Source of the DNA: Gaiellaceae bacterium
Lineage (GTDB): Bacteria; Actinomycetota; Thermoleophilia; Gaiellales; Gaiellaceae
Direction: 5' to 3'
Assembly: GCA_036557145.1 (NCBI GenBank)
Contig: DATBIC010000076.1
Location: 1 to 53,373 of the forward strand
Length of the DNA stretch: 53,373 nucleotides
A model generated the notes under the pieces. The model was not told the DNA's origin. It saw nothing but the letters and a program-made list of their open reading frames with translations, and searched no databases. The translations under genes were made by a program, and so were the position numbers. Numbering within the stretch: the first letter of the stretch is position 1; each line of letters begins with the position of its first letter. Below are positions 18,758-28,103 of this stretch, piece by piece.

Positions 18758-18837
18758 TTCGTAATTCATCGTAGTAGCATGTATTTCGGACGACTCGCAT
18801 CCCTCGTCCGGGGGGATGCGCGTAGGGTTCGCGCGAC

Positions 18838-19740
18838 GTGAGAGCAGCGGTTCTCCACGAGGTCGGCGGCGATCTTCGCGTCGAGGAGCTGCCGGAACCG
18901 GACGGCGACGCGGTCGTCACGGTGCGCGCAGCGGGCGTCAACTTTGCCGACCTGCTGATCCGTTACGGCCGCTACCCGCAGATGCCCGAGCTCCCGTACG
19001 TGCTCGGCTCCGAGGTCGCCGGCGACCTCGACGGCCGGCGGGTGATCGCGTTCACGCGGGTGAACGGCGGCGGCTACGCGGAGCGCGCCTCGGTCGACCC
19101 CGACTGGACGTTCGCCCTCCCCGACGGCGCATCGTATGCGTCGGGTGCGGCCTTTCTGCTCACGTACCTCACGGCGTACGTCCCGCTGCACCATCAGGCG
19201 CGTGTGACGCCCGAGAGCACCGTGCTCGTCCACGCCGCGGCGGGCGGCGTCGGCTCGGCGGCGGTGCAGCTCGCCAAGAACCTCGGCGCGCACGTCGTCG
19301 CGACAGCCAGCACGCCGGAGAAGCGCGCCGCCGCGCTCGAGAACGGCGCCGACGAGGCACTCGGCTACGACGAGCTCGACGACGTCCGAGCGGACGTCGT
19401 GATGGATCCCGTCGGTGGCGACGTGTTCACGCGATCGCTCTCGCTGCTCAACCCGCTCGGCGTCGTCGTCGCGATCGGCTTCGCCGACGGGCTGTGGCAG
19501 GACCCGAGCGTGCAATGGCTCGTCGGGCGTAACGCCGGCGTGGTCGGGATCTACCTGGCGCGGCTGATGAAGCTGCAGCCCGGCTTCGTGCGCGAGTGCG
19601 CGCTCGAGCTGCTCACGATGTGGGCGCGCGGCGAGATCGACCCGGTCGTCGGCGCGCGCTTCCCGCTCGACGACGCCGCGGCGGCGCATGCGCTGATCGC
19701 CGAGCGCAGAAACATGGGCAAGGTCGTCCTCGAGCCGTGA
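18838..19740 (+). CDS. NADPH:quinone oxidoreductase (zeta-crystallin-type MDR)
   Basis: 300-aa ORF with GVNFADLL, the Rossmann motif VLVHAAAGGVGSAAVQLAK and C-terminal GKVVLEP. Confidence 0.85.
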   Translation: MRAAVLHEVGGDLRVEELPEPDGDAVVTVRAAGVNFADLLIRYGRYPQMPELPYVLGSEVAGDLDGRRVIAFTRVNGGGYAERASVDPDWTFALPDGASYASGAAFLLTYLTAYVPLHHQARVTPESTVLVHAAAGGVGSAAVQLAKNLGAHVVATASTPEKRAAALENGADEALGYDELDDVRADVVMDPVGGDVFTRSLSLLNPLGVVVAIGFADGLWQDPSVQWLVGRNAGVVGIYLARLMKLQPGFVRECALELLTMWARGEIDPVVGARFPLDDAAAAHALIAERRNMGKVVLEP

Positions 19741-20414
19741 AGGCGCTCGTCACCGGCGCTGCCGGCGGGATCGGGCGCGCGATCGTCGCGCGGCTCGAGG
19801 CGGAGGGATGCTCCGTCGAGCGCCTCGATCTCGTCGACGGCTTCGACGTCTCCGATCCCGCTGCATGGGAGATGGTGCAGGCGGTGGACGTCGCGTGCCT
19901 GAACGCAGGCGTCCTCACCGGCGAGACGGACATCGGCACCCTCAGCGATACCGCGTACCGGCGAGCGCTCGGCGTCAACGTCGACGGAGTCGTGTTCGGC
20001 GTGCGCCGGCTCGCGCAGGTGATGGACCGCGGCGCGATCGTCGTCACCGCCTCGCTGGCCGGGCTCACGGGCATGCCGAGCGACGTCATCTATTCGCTCA
20101 CGAAGCACGCGCTCGTCGGCTTGGTGCGCAGCGTCGCGCCGCAGCTCGCACCGGTGACGATCAACGCCGTGTGCCCGGGCATCGCCGACACGCCGATGAT
20201 CGATTCGCAGCGCTCCGCGTTCTCGGCGGCCGGCTTCCCGCTGGTTGCGCCGGACGCGGTCGCGGACGCGGTCTGGCGCGCGGCGATGAGCGGCGAGAGC
20301 GGGCAGGCGTGGTTCGTCCAGCCCGGGCGCGAGCCGGGCCAGTTCCGGTTCCCCACGCTCCCCGGCCCGCGGCGCGACGGGGAGCAGGTCGGCCTGCCGC
20401 CGCTCTCGCGCTAG
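19737..20414 (+). CDS. Short-chain dehydrogenase/reductase (SDR)
   Basis: Coding tail of ORF 19596-20414. GTG 19737 overlaps the qor stop (GTGA). Motifs TGAAGGIG, NAGV, YSLTK. Confidence 0.8.
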   Translation: MKALVTGAAGGIGRAIVARLEAEGCSVERLDLVDGFDVSDPAAWEMVQAVDVACLNAGVLTGETDIGTLSDTAYRRALGVNVDGVVFGVRRLAQVMDRGAIVVTASLAGLTGMPSDVIYSLTKHALVGLVRSVAPQLAPVTINAVCPGIADTPMIDSQRSAFSAAGFPLVAPDAVADAVWRAAMSGESGQAWFVQPGREPGQFRFPTLPGPRRDGEQVGLPPLSR

Positions 20415-20956
20415 TTCAGGCGCGGGTCGAACGGCATGTTCTCCATCAACGAAACCGAGCCGCCGGCGCGGTGGACGGCCTCGCGCCACAGTGCGTCCGG
20501 GTCGTCGACGAACGGATCGTCGCTCGTCGCCGGGACGACGATCCACGACGGCTCGGCGAGCTCGGCCTCGAGCTGCCCGGCGCCCCAGCCGGCGTAGCCG
20601 GCGAACAGCCGCACGCGCCGGATCGAGAGCTCGTCGGGCTCGGCGTCGGCGCTCATGAAGCCGACGTGGTCGAAGATCGGCGCGGCCGCGTCGTCGACGT
20701 CGCCGAACTCGGCGAGTGCCATGAACGCCTGAGGCTGCACGGGGCCGCCGACGAACACGGGGTCCTCGGCACCGGGGATGCCCTCGAGCAACGGCACCGC
20801 CTCCGCCGCCGGCACGCCGGACGGCCGGCTGAGCACGAGACCGAGCGCACCGTCGCCGTCGTGGTGGGCGACCAGTACGACGGTCTTGCGGAAGTTCGGG
20901 TCGAGCAGCGACGGCGCCGAGACCAGCAGCTTGCCCTTCAGCGAACGCCACGTCAC
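20411..20956 (-). CDS. YqgE/AlgH family protein (UPF0301)
   Basis: Coding tail of ORF 20411-21994. GTG 20956 overlaps the stop of the upstream ACAD (GTGA). Motifs LLVSAPSLLDPNFRKTVVLV..H...GALGLVLSRP and GYAGWGAGQLE. Confidence 0.85.
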   Translation of the reverse strand: MTWRSLKGKLLVSAPSLLDPNFRKTVVLVAHHDGDGALGLVLSRPSGVPAAEAVPLLEGIPGAEDPVFVGGPVQPQAFMALAEFGDVDDAAAPIFDHVGFMSADAEPDELSIRRVRLFAGYAGWGAGQLEAELAEPSWIVVPATSDDPFVDDPDALWREAVHRAGGSVSLMENMPFDPRLN

Positions 20957-22155
20957 CGAAAGTCCCACCCGTCCCCGTTTGCAAACGTCTTCAGGACGCG
21001 ACGCGCGACGACCATGCGATGAACCTCGTCCGGCCCATCGTAGATGCGTCCGGCGCGCGCGGTGGTCAGCATGTGGCCGAGTGGCGTCTCGTCGGTCAGG
21101 CCGCGTGCGCCGTGAACCTGGACGGCGCGGTCGATCACGTCCTGCAGCGCCTGCGCCGCGAAGAACTTGATCGCCGAGATCTCGACGCGCGCCTCGTCGC
21201 CGCCGTCGATCTTGTGTGCGGCGTCGAGCGTCATCAGCCGACAGGCGTGGATCTGCGCGTAGCTGTCGGCGATCCAGTTCTGCACGGTCTGCTTGTCGGC
21301 GAGCGGCCCGCCGAACGCTTCGCGCTCGAGCGCGTACGAGCACATCAGCGCGAACGCGCGCTGCATCTGCCCGAGCCAGCGCATCACGTGATGGATGCGC
21401 CCGGGGCCGAGGCGCTTCTGTGCGATCCGGAAGCCCGAACCCTTCTCGCCCAGCGTGTTCGCAAGCGGGACGCGGACGTTCGTGTACCGCACCTCGCAGT
21501 GCGTCGTCCAGCCGCGGCCGGCGTGGCCGAGCACGGTGATCGGCCGCACGACGTCGACGCCCGGCGTGTCGGCCGGGACGACGATCTGCGTCGCGCGCGC
21601 GTGCGGCGGCGCGTCCGGGTCGGTGACCGCCATCACGATCCCGAAAGCTGCGCCGTCGGCGCCGGACGAGAACCATTTGTGCCCATCGATCACCCACTCG
21701 TCGCCGTCCTTGACTGCGCGCGTGCGCAGCGTGGTCGGATCCGACCCGGGCACGTCGGGCTCGGTCATCGAGAAGAACGAGCGAATCTCGCCCGCGACGA
21801 GCGGATGCAGCCAGCGCTCCTTCTGCTCCTCCGTGCCGAAGAGGTGGAGGATCTCGGCGTTGCCGGCGTCGGGCGCCTGGCAGCCGAAGACGAGCTGGCC
21901 CCAGAGCGACCGGCCGATGTGCTCGTTCAGGTACGCGTAGTCGAGGAAGCCCGTGCCCGTGCCGCCGGCCTCGGGCGGAACGTGCGGCGCCCACAGGCCG
22001 AGCTCGCGCACCTCGTCGCGCAGCGCGGTGACGAGTGACGCTGCGGCGTCGTCCTCGCGGTCCAAGGCCGGCTCATTCGGCAGCACCCGCTCGTCCATGA
22101 AGGCGCGGACGCGCTCCAGACGCTCGCTCGGTGGAGCCCAGTCGGTGACCGTCAC
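20953..22155 (-). CDS. Acyl-CoA dehydrogenase, ACAD10/ACAD11 (FadE2-like) type
   Basis: Coding part of ORF 20953-22593 from GTG 22155 (VTVTDWAPPSERLERVRAFMDERVLPNE). Hallmarks: SMTEPDVPGSDP, KWFSSGA, GPGRIHHVMRWLG, RIYDGPDEVH. Confidence 0.85.
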   Translation of the reverse strand: MTVTDWAPPSERLERVRAFMDERVLPNEPALDREDDAAASLVTALRDEVRELGLWAPHVPPEAGGTGTGFLDYAYLNEHIGRSLWGQLVFGCQAPDAGNAEILHLFGTEEQKERWLHPLVAGEIRSFFSMTEPDVPGSDPTTLRTRAVKDGDEWVIDGHKWFSSGADGAAFGIVMAVTDPDAPPHARATQIVVPADTPGVDVVRPITVLGHAGRGWTTHCEVRYTNVRVPLANTLGEKGSGFRIAQKRLGPGRIHHVMRWLGQMQRAFALMCSYALEREAFGGPLADKQTVQNWIADSYAQIHACRLMTLDAAHKIDGGDEARVEISAIKFFAAQALQDVIDRAVQVHGARGLTDETPLGHMLTTARAGRIYDGPDEVHRMVVARRVLKTFANGDGWDFR

Positions 22156-22176
22156 CCGTCTAGCATCGCACCAACC

Positions 22177-23175
<999 letters not shown>

Positions 23176-23180
23176 ACCCT

Positions 23181-23210
23181 CTTGGGGTCAGACCCGGGTC
23201 TGACCCCAAG
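23181..23210. repeat. 30-bp perfect palindrome, REP-like copy 1
   Basis: CTTGGGGTCAGACCCGGGTCTGACCCCAAG is self-complementary with no spacer. It starts 5 nt after the LLM stop codon. Confidence 0.9.
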
Positions 23211-23270
23211 GGTGTCCCGAGGCGTCGCACCGGTCAGGGCAAACCCGCATCGTGGGTGCGGTTTCGTGGA

Positions 23271-23300
23271 GGTGGGGTCAGACCCGGGTCTGACCCCACC
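23271..23300. repeat. 30-bp perfect palindrome, REP-like copy 2
   Basis: GGTGGGGTCAGACCCGGGTCTGACCCCACC has the same 24-bp core as copy 1. It ends 2 nt before the stop codon of the minus-strand kinase gene. Confidence 0.9.
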
Positions 23301-23302
23301 GG

Positions 23303-24328
23303 TTACGCGCCGAGCGCCTCGCGCGCGGCGGCGGCCAGCGCGGGGACGCCCTGCTCGAAGATCGCGGCGCGGGTGTCTTCCGCGCCGAGCTCGCCGCGCA
23401 CGTAGCGGCCGTAGATCGCCTCGCAGAAGACGGCCGCCTTCCACAGCGCGAGCGCCTCGAACCACGCGAGCGGGCCGAGGTCGCGGCCGCTCCGCTCCTC
23501 GTAGCGCCGGACGAGCTCCGCGCGCGACGGGAAGCCCGCGCTCGCCGTGACCGGCGACGACCCGAGCGCGCTCGGCCGCCCGCCCGGCTCGCTGTACGTC
23601 GAGAGCAGGTACCCGACGTCCGCGCGCGGATCGCCGATCGCGCCCATCTCCCAGTCGAGCGCCGCCTCGATCCGCGTCGGCTCGTCGCGCGCGACCATCA
23701 TGTTGCCGAGCCGGAAGTCGCCGTGGACGACGGTCGGCGCCAGCGGCTCCGGCAGCGCGCCCGCGAGCACCCGGCCGACCTCGTCGACGTCGGGAATCGG
23801 CCGCGTGCGGTTCACCTCCCACAGCTGCGTGAACCGCCGGACCTGCCGCTCGGCATAGCTTCCCGGCCGCGCGAACGCCGCCAGCGCGGGCACCGAGACG
23901 TCGGCCGCGTGGATCTCGACCAGCGTGTCGACGAGGTCCTCGCCGAGCCGCCGCCGCGCCGCCCGCGTCTCGAGCCTCGGCGGCAGCGACTGCGTGACGA
24001 CGTGCCCGTCGAGGTAGCGCATCAGGTAGAACGGCACGCCGAGCACGCTCGTGTCGCCGCACACGGCGACGATCTCCGGCAGCCGCTCGAAGCCGGCCGC
24101 TCGCACCGCGAGCTGCAGCCCCGCCTCGCGCACCATGTCGTGCGCCGACGGCGGCAGCGGCGGGCGCGGCGGCCGGCGCAGCACGTACCGGTCGCCGCCG
24201 CGCGTGAGCAGGAACGTGAAGTTCGAGCCGCCGCCGTCGCCGATGCGCTCCGCGGTCAGCGGCCCCGCGCCGAGCTCTTGCTCGTCGAGGAACCGTTCGA
24301 CGCGGTCGAGGACGATCAGCGGCTCCAC
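23303..24328 (-). CDS. Phosphotransferase (APH/choline-kinase fold), ACAD10/11 N-terminal-domain type
   Basis: 341-aa ORF with GGGSNFTFLL, YVLRRPP, SAHDM.REA, the catalytic VVHGDFRLGNMM and DWEMGAIGDP. Confidence 0.85.
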   Translation of the reverse strand: MEPLIVLDRVERFLDEQELGAGPLTAERIGDGGGSNFTFLLTRGGDRYVLRRPPRPPLPPSAHDMVREAGLQLAVRAAGFERLPEIVAVCGDTSVLGVPFYLMRYLDGHVVTQSLPPRLETRAARRRLGEDLVDTLVEIHAADVSVPALAAFARPGSYAERQVRRFTQLWEVNRTRPIPDVDEVGRVLAGALPEPLAPTVVHGDFRLGNMMVARDEPTRIEAALDWEMGAIGDPRADVGYLLSTYSEPGGRPSALGSSPVTASAGFPSRAELVRRYEERSGRDLGPLAWFEALALWKAAVFCEAIYGRYVRGELGAEDTRAAIFEQGVPALAAAAREALGA

Positions 24329-24337
24329 GGCGCGATG

Positions 24338-25084
24338 CTATGCGCCGGCGATGACTGCCACGCCGCCGAGCGCCAGCGCGACGCCGAAGCGTTGTGCCCG
24401 CGTGAGCCGCTCGCCCAGCAGGACGTGCGCCAGCAGCACCGTCACCACGGGATAGAGCGAGCCGAGCACCGACACCAGCGCGAGCAGTCCGGACCGGCTC
24501 GCCAGCGCGAACAGCGCGTTCGCCGTGACGTCGGCGATCCCGACGGCGGCGACGGCAGCGATCGACGAACGCGGCACGCGAACCGGCGCCCGCAGCGCGA
24601 CGGCGACCAGAACCAGCACGCTGAGCGAGCCGACCCGCGCACCGAAGAGCGTCGACAGCGCGTCGCCGTCCTTGCTGCCGAGCCCGAGGAAGTAGACGAA
24701 CAGCCCGAGCGCCACCGCAGCGACGACTGCGAGCGCGACTGCCCGCCCGCGCTCCGGCGCCTCGGCGCGACGCTCCTCGAGTGACGCCATCACGGCGCCG
24801 GCCAGCGCCGCGACCGCGCCGACCAGCGCGAGCCTGCCCGGGCGCTCGCCGGTCGCCAGCGACACGACGAACGGCACGAGTGCGCCGCACGCCGCGATCG
24901 GCGAGACGACGCTCATCGTCCCGAGCGAGAGCGCGCGGTAGAACGCCGCCAGGCCGACGCCGCCGCCGACGCCGGACAGGAGCCCGATCAGGAACGAGCG
25001 AACGCCGACGTCCCCTCGCACCGCCACCGCGACGACGAGCGCCACGAAGCCCGCAGCCTGCGAGACGAGCGTCACGCCGAGCAC
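24338..25084 (-). CDS. EamA/DMT family transporter; the first TM helix is probably encoded upstream of the annotated GTG (to about 25177)
   Basis: 248-aa ORF with about 9 hydrophobic helices. The in-frame upstream 33 codons (RLLGALALLLALGSSVVWGVADFSGGSLSRRLP) look like the canonical EamA TM1 but have no ATG/GTG/TTG. Confidence 0.8.
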   Translation of the reverse strand: MLGVTLVSQAAGFVALVVAVAVRGDVGVRSFLIGLLSGVGGGVGLAAFYRALSLGTMSVVSPIAACGALVPFVVSLATGERPGRLALVGAVAALAGAVMASLEERRAEAPERGRAVALAVVAAVALGLFVYFLGLGSKDGDALSTLFGARVGSLSVLVLVAVALRAPVRVPRSSIAAVAAVGIADVTANALFALASRSGLLALVSVLGSLYPVVTVLLAHVLLGERLTRAQRFGVALALGGVAVIAGA

Positions 25085-25190
25085 GGGCAGCCGCCGCGAC
25101 AGCGATCCACCGGAGAAGTCGGCGACGCCCCAGACGACCGACGACCCGAGCGCGAGGAGAAGTGCGAGCGCGCCCAGAAGCCGCTAGACG

Positions 25191-26336
25191 CTAGACGCGC
25201 TCGACGAGCATCGCCATGCCCTGCCCGCCGCCGACGCACATCGTCTCGAGCCCGATCGTCCTGTCGAGCGTCTCGAGGTCGTTCAGCAACGTGTTCATGA
25301 TGCGGGCGCCGGTCATGCCGTACGGATGGCCGAGTGCGATCGCGCCGCCGTGTGGGTTGAGCTTCTCGCCGAACGGATCGATGCCGAGCTCGCGGCAGAC
25401 CGGGATCACCTGGGCGGCGAACGCCTCGTTGAGCTCGACCACGTCGACGTCGTCGATCGTCATGCCGGCCTGCGCGAGCACCTTGCGCACGGCTTCGATG
25501 GGGCCGACGCCCATGATCTCCGGAGCGACGCCGGAGACGCTCGACGCGAGGATCCGCGCCCGCGGTGCGATCCCGAGCTCCTGCGCGCGCTGCTCCGACA
25601 GCACCACGACGGCCGCCGCCCCGTCGTTCAGCGGGCACGAGTTGCCGGCGGTCACCTTGCCGCCCGGCTTGAAGGCCGGCTCGAGCGCCGCGAGCTTCTC
25701 CAGCGTCGACGAGCGCCGCGGCCCGTCGTCGACGTCGGCGCCCTCGTAGGGCGTGAGCTCGCGCGCGAAGAACCCCGAGTCCTGCGCGGCAACCGCACGC
25801 TCCTGCGACCGCTGCGCGAAGTGGTCCATCTCCTCGCGCGACACGTCCCACTGCTCGGCGACGTTCTCCGCGGTCAGGCCCATCGGGATGTACACGTTTG
25901 CGATCGGAGCGTCGTCGCCGAACAGCGCAGGGTGCAGCTCCTCCTGCGACTTCGGGTAGCCGTTGACCTGCGAGATCGACTCGACGCCGGCGGCCACGAA
26001 GGCCTCGCCTTCGCCGGCCTTGATCGCATGGAATGCCATGCGGATCGTCTGCAGGCTGGAGGCGCAGAAGCGGTTGACGGTCGTGCCGGGCACGGACTCC
26101 GGCAGGCCCGCCAGCAGGGCCACACGCCGCCCGAGGTTCATCCCCTGCTTCTCCTGCGGGAAGCCGCAGCCGACGATGACGTCGACGATCTCCTCCGGCG
26201 GAAGCCCGGGGACACGCTCGAGCGCCGTGCGCACGGCGAAGGCGCAGAGGTCGTCCGGCCGCGCCTCGACGAGCGAGCCCTTGGCCGCGCGCCCGATCGG
26301 CGTGCGGGCGGCGGAGACGATGACGGCGTCCGGCAC
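25191..26336 (-). CDS. Acetyl-CoA C-acetyltransferase (thiolase II)
   Basis: 381-aa ORF with the active-site Cys context VNRFCASSLQ and C-terminal GHPYGMTGAR and CVGGGQG. Confidence 0.9.
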   Translation of the reverse strand: MPDAVIVSAARTPIGRAAKGSLVEARPDDLCAFAVRTALERVPGLPPEEIVDVIVGCGFPQEKQGMNLGRRVALLAGLPESVPGTTVNRFCASSLQTIRMAFHAIKAGEGEAFVAAGVESISQVNGYPKSQEELHPALFGDDAPIANVYIPMGLTAENVAEQWDVSREEMDHFAQRSQERAVAAQDSGFFARELTPYEGADVDDGPRRSSTLEKLAALEPAFKPGGKVTAGNSCPLNDGAAAVVVLSEQRAQELGIAPRARILASSVSGVAPEIMGVGPIEAVRKVLAQAGMTIDDVDVVELNEAFAAQVIPVCRELGIDPFGEKLNPHGGAIALGHPYGMTGARIMNTLLNDLETLDRTIGLETMCVGGGQGMAMLVERV

Positions 26337-26361
26337 GCCCCCATATTGACCGAGGAGTCAA

Positions 26362-27093
26362 ATGTCGGTTGACTTGATCGGCTGCATGGGGTCGCTGCTT
26401 GCACTCCGCGACGTCGACGCGCGCTACGGACAGGTGCAAGCGCTGCGACGCCTGTCGCTCACGGTCGACGACGGCGAGATCGTCGCGATTCTCGGCGCGA
26501 ACGGCGCCGGGAAGACCACGACCCTGCGTGCGATCTCGCACACGGTTGCGCGGAACGGCACGATCGAGTTCGCGGGGCGCTCGCTCGGCCGCCGCGGTCC
26601 CGAGGCGACGGCGCGGCTCGGCATCGCGCACGTGCCCGAAGGACGGGGGACGTTCGCGGAGCTCACCGTCGGGGAGAACCTGCGGCTCGGGGCCTATGCC
26701 CGCCGCGGCTCGCTGCGCGACGACTACCGGCGCGTCTACGAGTACTTCCCCTGGCTGGAGGCGCGCGGGTCGCAGCAGGCCGGGACGCTGTCCGGAGGCG
26801 AGCAGCAGATGCTCGCCCTGGCGCGCGCCGTCATGCAGCGGCCGAAGCTGCTCCTCCTCGACGAGCCTTCGCTCGGCCTCGCACCGCTCATCGTGTCCGA
26901 GGTGTTCCGGATCGTGCGCGAGCTCAACGAGCGCGAGGGAACGGCGGTGCTGCTGGTCGAGCAGAACGCCCGGATCTCGCTGGCGACCGCGTCGCGCGCG
27001 TACGTGCTCGAGGTCGGGTCCGTCGCCTACGAGGGGACGAGCGACGACCTTGCCTCGCGGGATGCAATCCGAACGAGCTATCTCGGGTACTGA
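26362..27093 (+). CDS. livF: Branched-chain amino acid ABC transporter ATP-binding protein, LivF type
   Basis: GANGAGKTT, VPEGRGTF, LSGGEQQMLALARA, LLLDEPSLGLAP, LVEQNA and C-terminal YLGY. GAGGAG lies 4 nt before ATG 26362; an alternative start is ATG 26386. Confidence 0.85.
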   Translation: MSVDLIGCMGSLLALRDVDARYGQVQALRRLSLTVDDGEIVAILGANGAGKTTTLRAISHTVARNGTIEFAGRSLGRRGPEATARLGIAHVPEGRGTFAELTVGENLRLGAYARRGSLRDDYRRVYEYFPWLEARGSQQAGTLSGGEQQMLALARAVMQRPKLLLLDEPSLGLAPLIVSEVFRIVRELNEREGTAVLLVEQNARISLATASRAYVLEVGSVAYEGTSDDLASRDAIRTSYLGY

Positions 27094-27101
27094 ACGGTGA
27101 C

Positions 27102-28103
27102 ATGACCGCGATCTCGCTCTTCCAGCGGACGACGTGGCGGCCGAGCTCGTCGTGGATCGTGCCCCTGGCGATTCTCGGCGGCGTCATCTTCCTCGTCATC
27201 GGCTCGCTCCGCAGCACGCTCTTCGCGCAGCAAACCGTCTCCGGCCTGGCGAACGGCGGCATCTACGCGAGCCTGGCCGTCGCGCTCGTCCTCATCTACC
27301 GCGCGACCGAGGTGATCAATTTCGCGCAGGGCGCGCTCGCCACGTTCGCGACGTACATCGCGTGGCAGCTGATCGACTGGGGGCTGACGTACTGGCTGGC
27401 CTTCGCGTGCACGCTCGGCATCGCGTTCGTCGGCGGCTTCGCAGTCGAGCTGGTCGCGATCAGGCCGGTGGAGCGGCGCGGCAACGTGCTGACGGTCGTG
27501 ATCGCTTCGATCGGCCTGCTGATCCTCGTCGAGGGCGCGATCGGGTGGATCTGGGGCAACGAGGTGAAGTTCATGCCGGCGCCGTTCCCGGCGCACATCT
27601 ACCACCTCGGCGGCGTTGCCTTCTCGCTGCAGGACCTCGGCACGATCGCGATCTCGATCGCGTCGGTCTTCGTCCTCTGGCTCTTCTTCCAGTTTACGAA
27701 GATCGGGCTGGCGATGCGCGCGGCCGCGGTTCGCCCGGCGGCCGCGCGGCTCGTCGGGATCCGCGTCAGCTGGATGCTCTCGCTGGGCTGGGGGCTCGCG
27801 GCGATGCTCGGCGCGGTCGCGGGAATGCTCGCCGCGGCCAGCCCGAGCGTCCTGCTGCAGCCGTCGATGATGGACGGCATCCTCATCTACGCCTTCGCCG
27901 CGGCCGTCGTCGGCGGCCTCGAGAGCCCGGCCGGCGCGGTGATCGGCGCGCTCGCGATCGGCGTGCTGCTGAACCTGATCGGCAGCTACGTGAGCTGGGT
28001 GACGCCGCAGCTCCTGCTCCCGGCGGCCTTCGTGCTCATGCTCGCCGTCCTGCTGGTGAAACCGTCCGGGCTCTTCGGCCGAACGAGAGTGAGGAGAGTA
28101 TGA
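27102..28103 (+). CDS. livH: Branched-chain amino acid ABC transporter permease, LivH type
   Basis: 333-aa ORF. GLANGGIYASLAVALVLIYRAT.VINFAQG is the family signature, with multiple TM helices. Confidence 0.9.
   Translation: MTAISLFQRTTWRPSSSWIVPLAILGGVIFLVIGSLRSTLFAQQTVSGLANGGIYASLAVALVLIYRATEVINFAQGALATFATYIAWQLIDWGLTYWLAFACTLGIAFVGGFAVELVAIRPVERRGNVLTVVIASIGLLILVEGAIGWIWGNEVKFMPAPFPAHIYHLGGVAFSLQDLGTIAISIASVFVLWLFFQFTKIGLAMRAAAVRPAAARLVGIRVSWMLSLGWGLAAMLGAVAGMLAAASPSVLLQPSMMDGILIYAFAAAVVGGLESPAGAVIGALAIGVLLNLIGSYVSWVTPQLLLPAAFVLMLAVLLVKPSGLFGRTRVRRV

Noticed and set aside
18712-18765. 17-codon upstream ORF (MTWRRGWPGVAPCATSS) spanning the 15-bp hairpin, a possible leader peptide or attenuator.
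   Set aside because: It has no RBS and no codon runs suggestive of attenuation. It is oriented towards qor, which has no obvious need for such control. It cannot be distinguished from chance by eye.
23181-23300. Possible mini-CRISPR: two identical repeats separated by a 60-bp spacer.
   Set aside because: There are only two copies. The repeats are spacer-less perfect palindromes, no cas genes or leader are present in the window, and the copies abut the stop codons of the convergent genes.
23182-23550. ORF with repeated GSDPGLTP peptides, and the matching minus ORFs across 23176-23302.
   Set aside because: The peptide repeat is simply the translation of the two palindromes. The region lies between two well-supported convergent genes and has no start or RBS context.
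25184-25197. Tandem heptamer CTAGACG CTAGACG at the thiolase/EamA junction.
   Set aside because: There are only two units. It is most simply explained as overlapping stop signals for two reading frames rather than a repeat element. It is mentioned under the EamA start finding.
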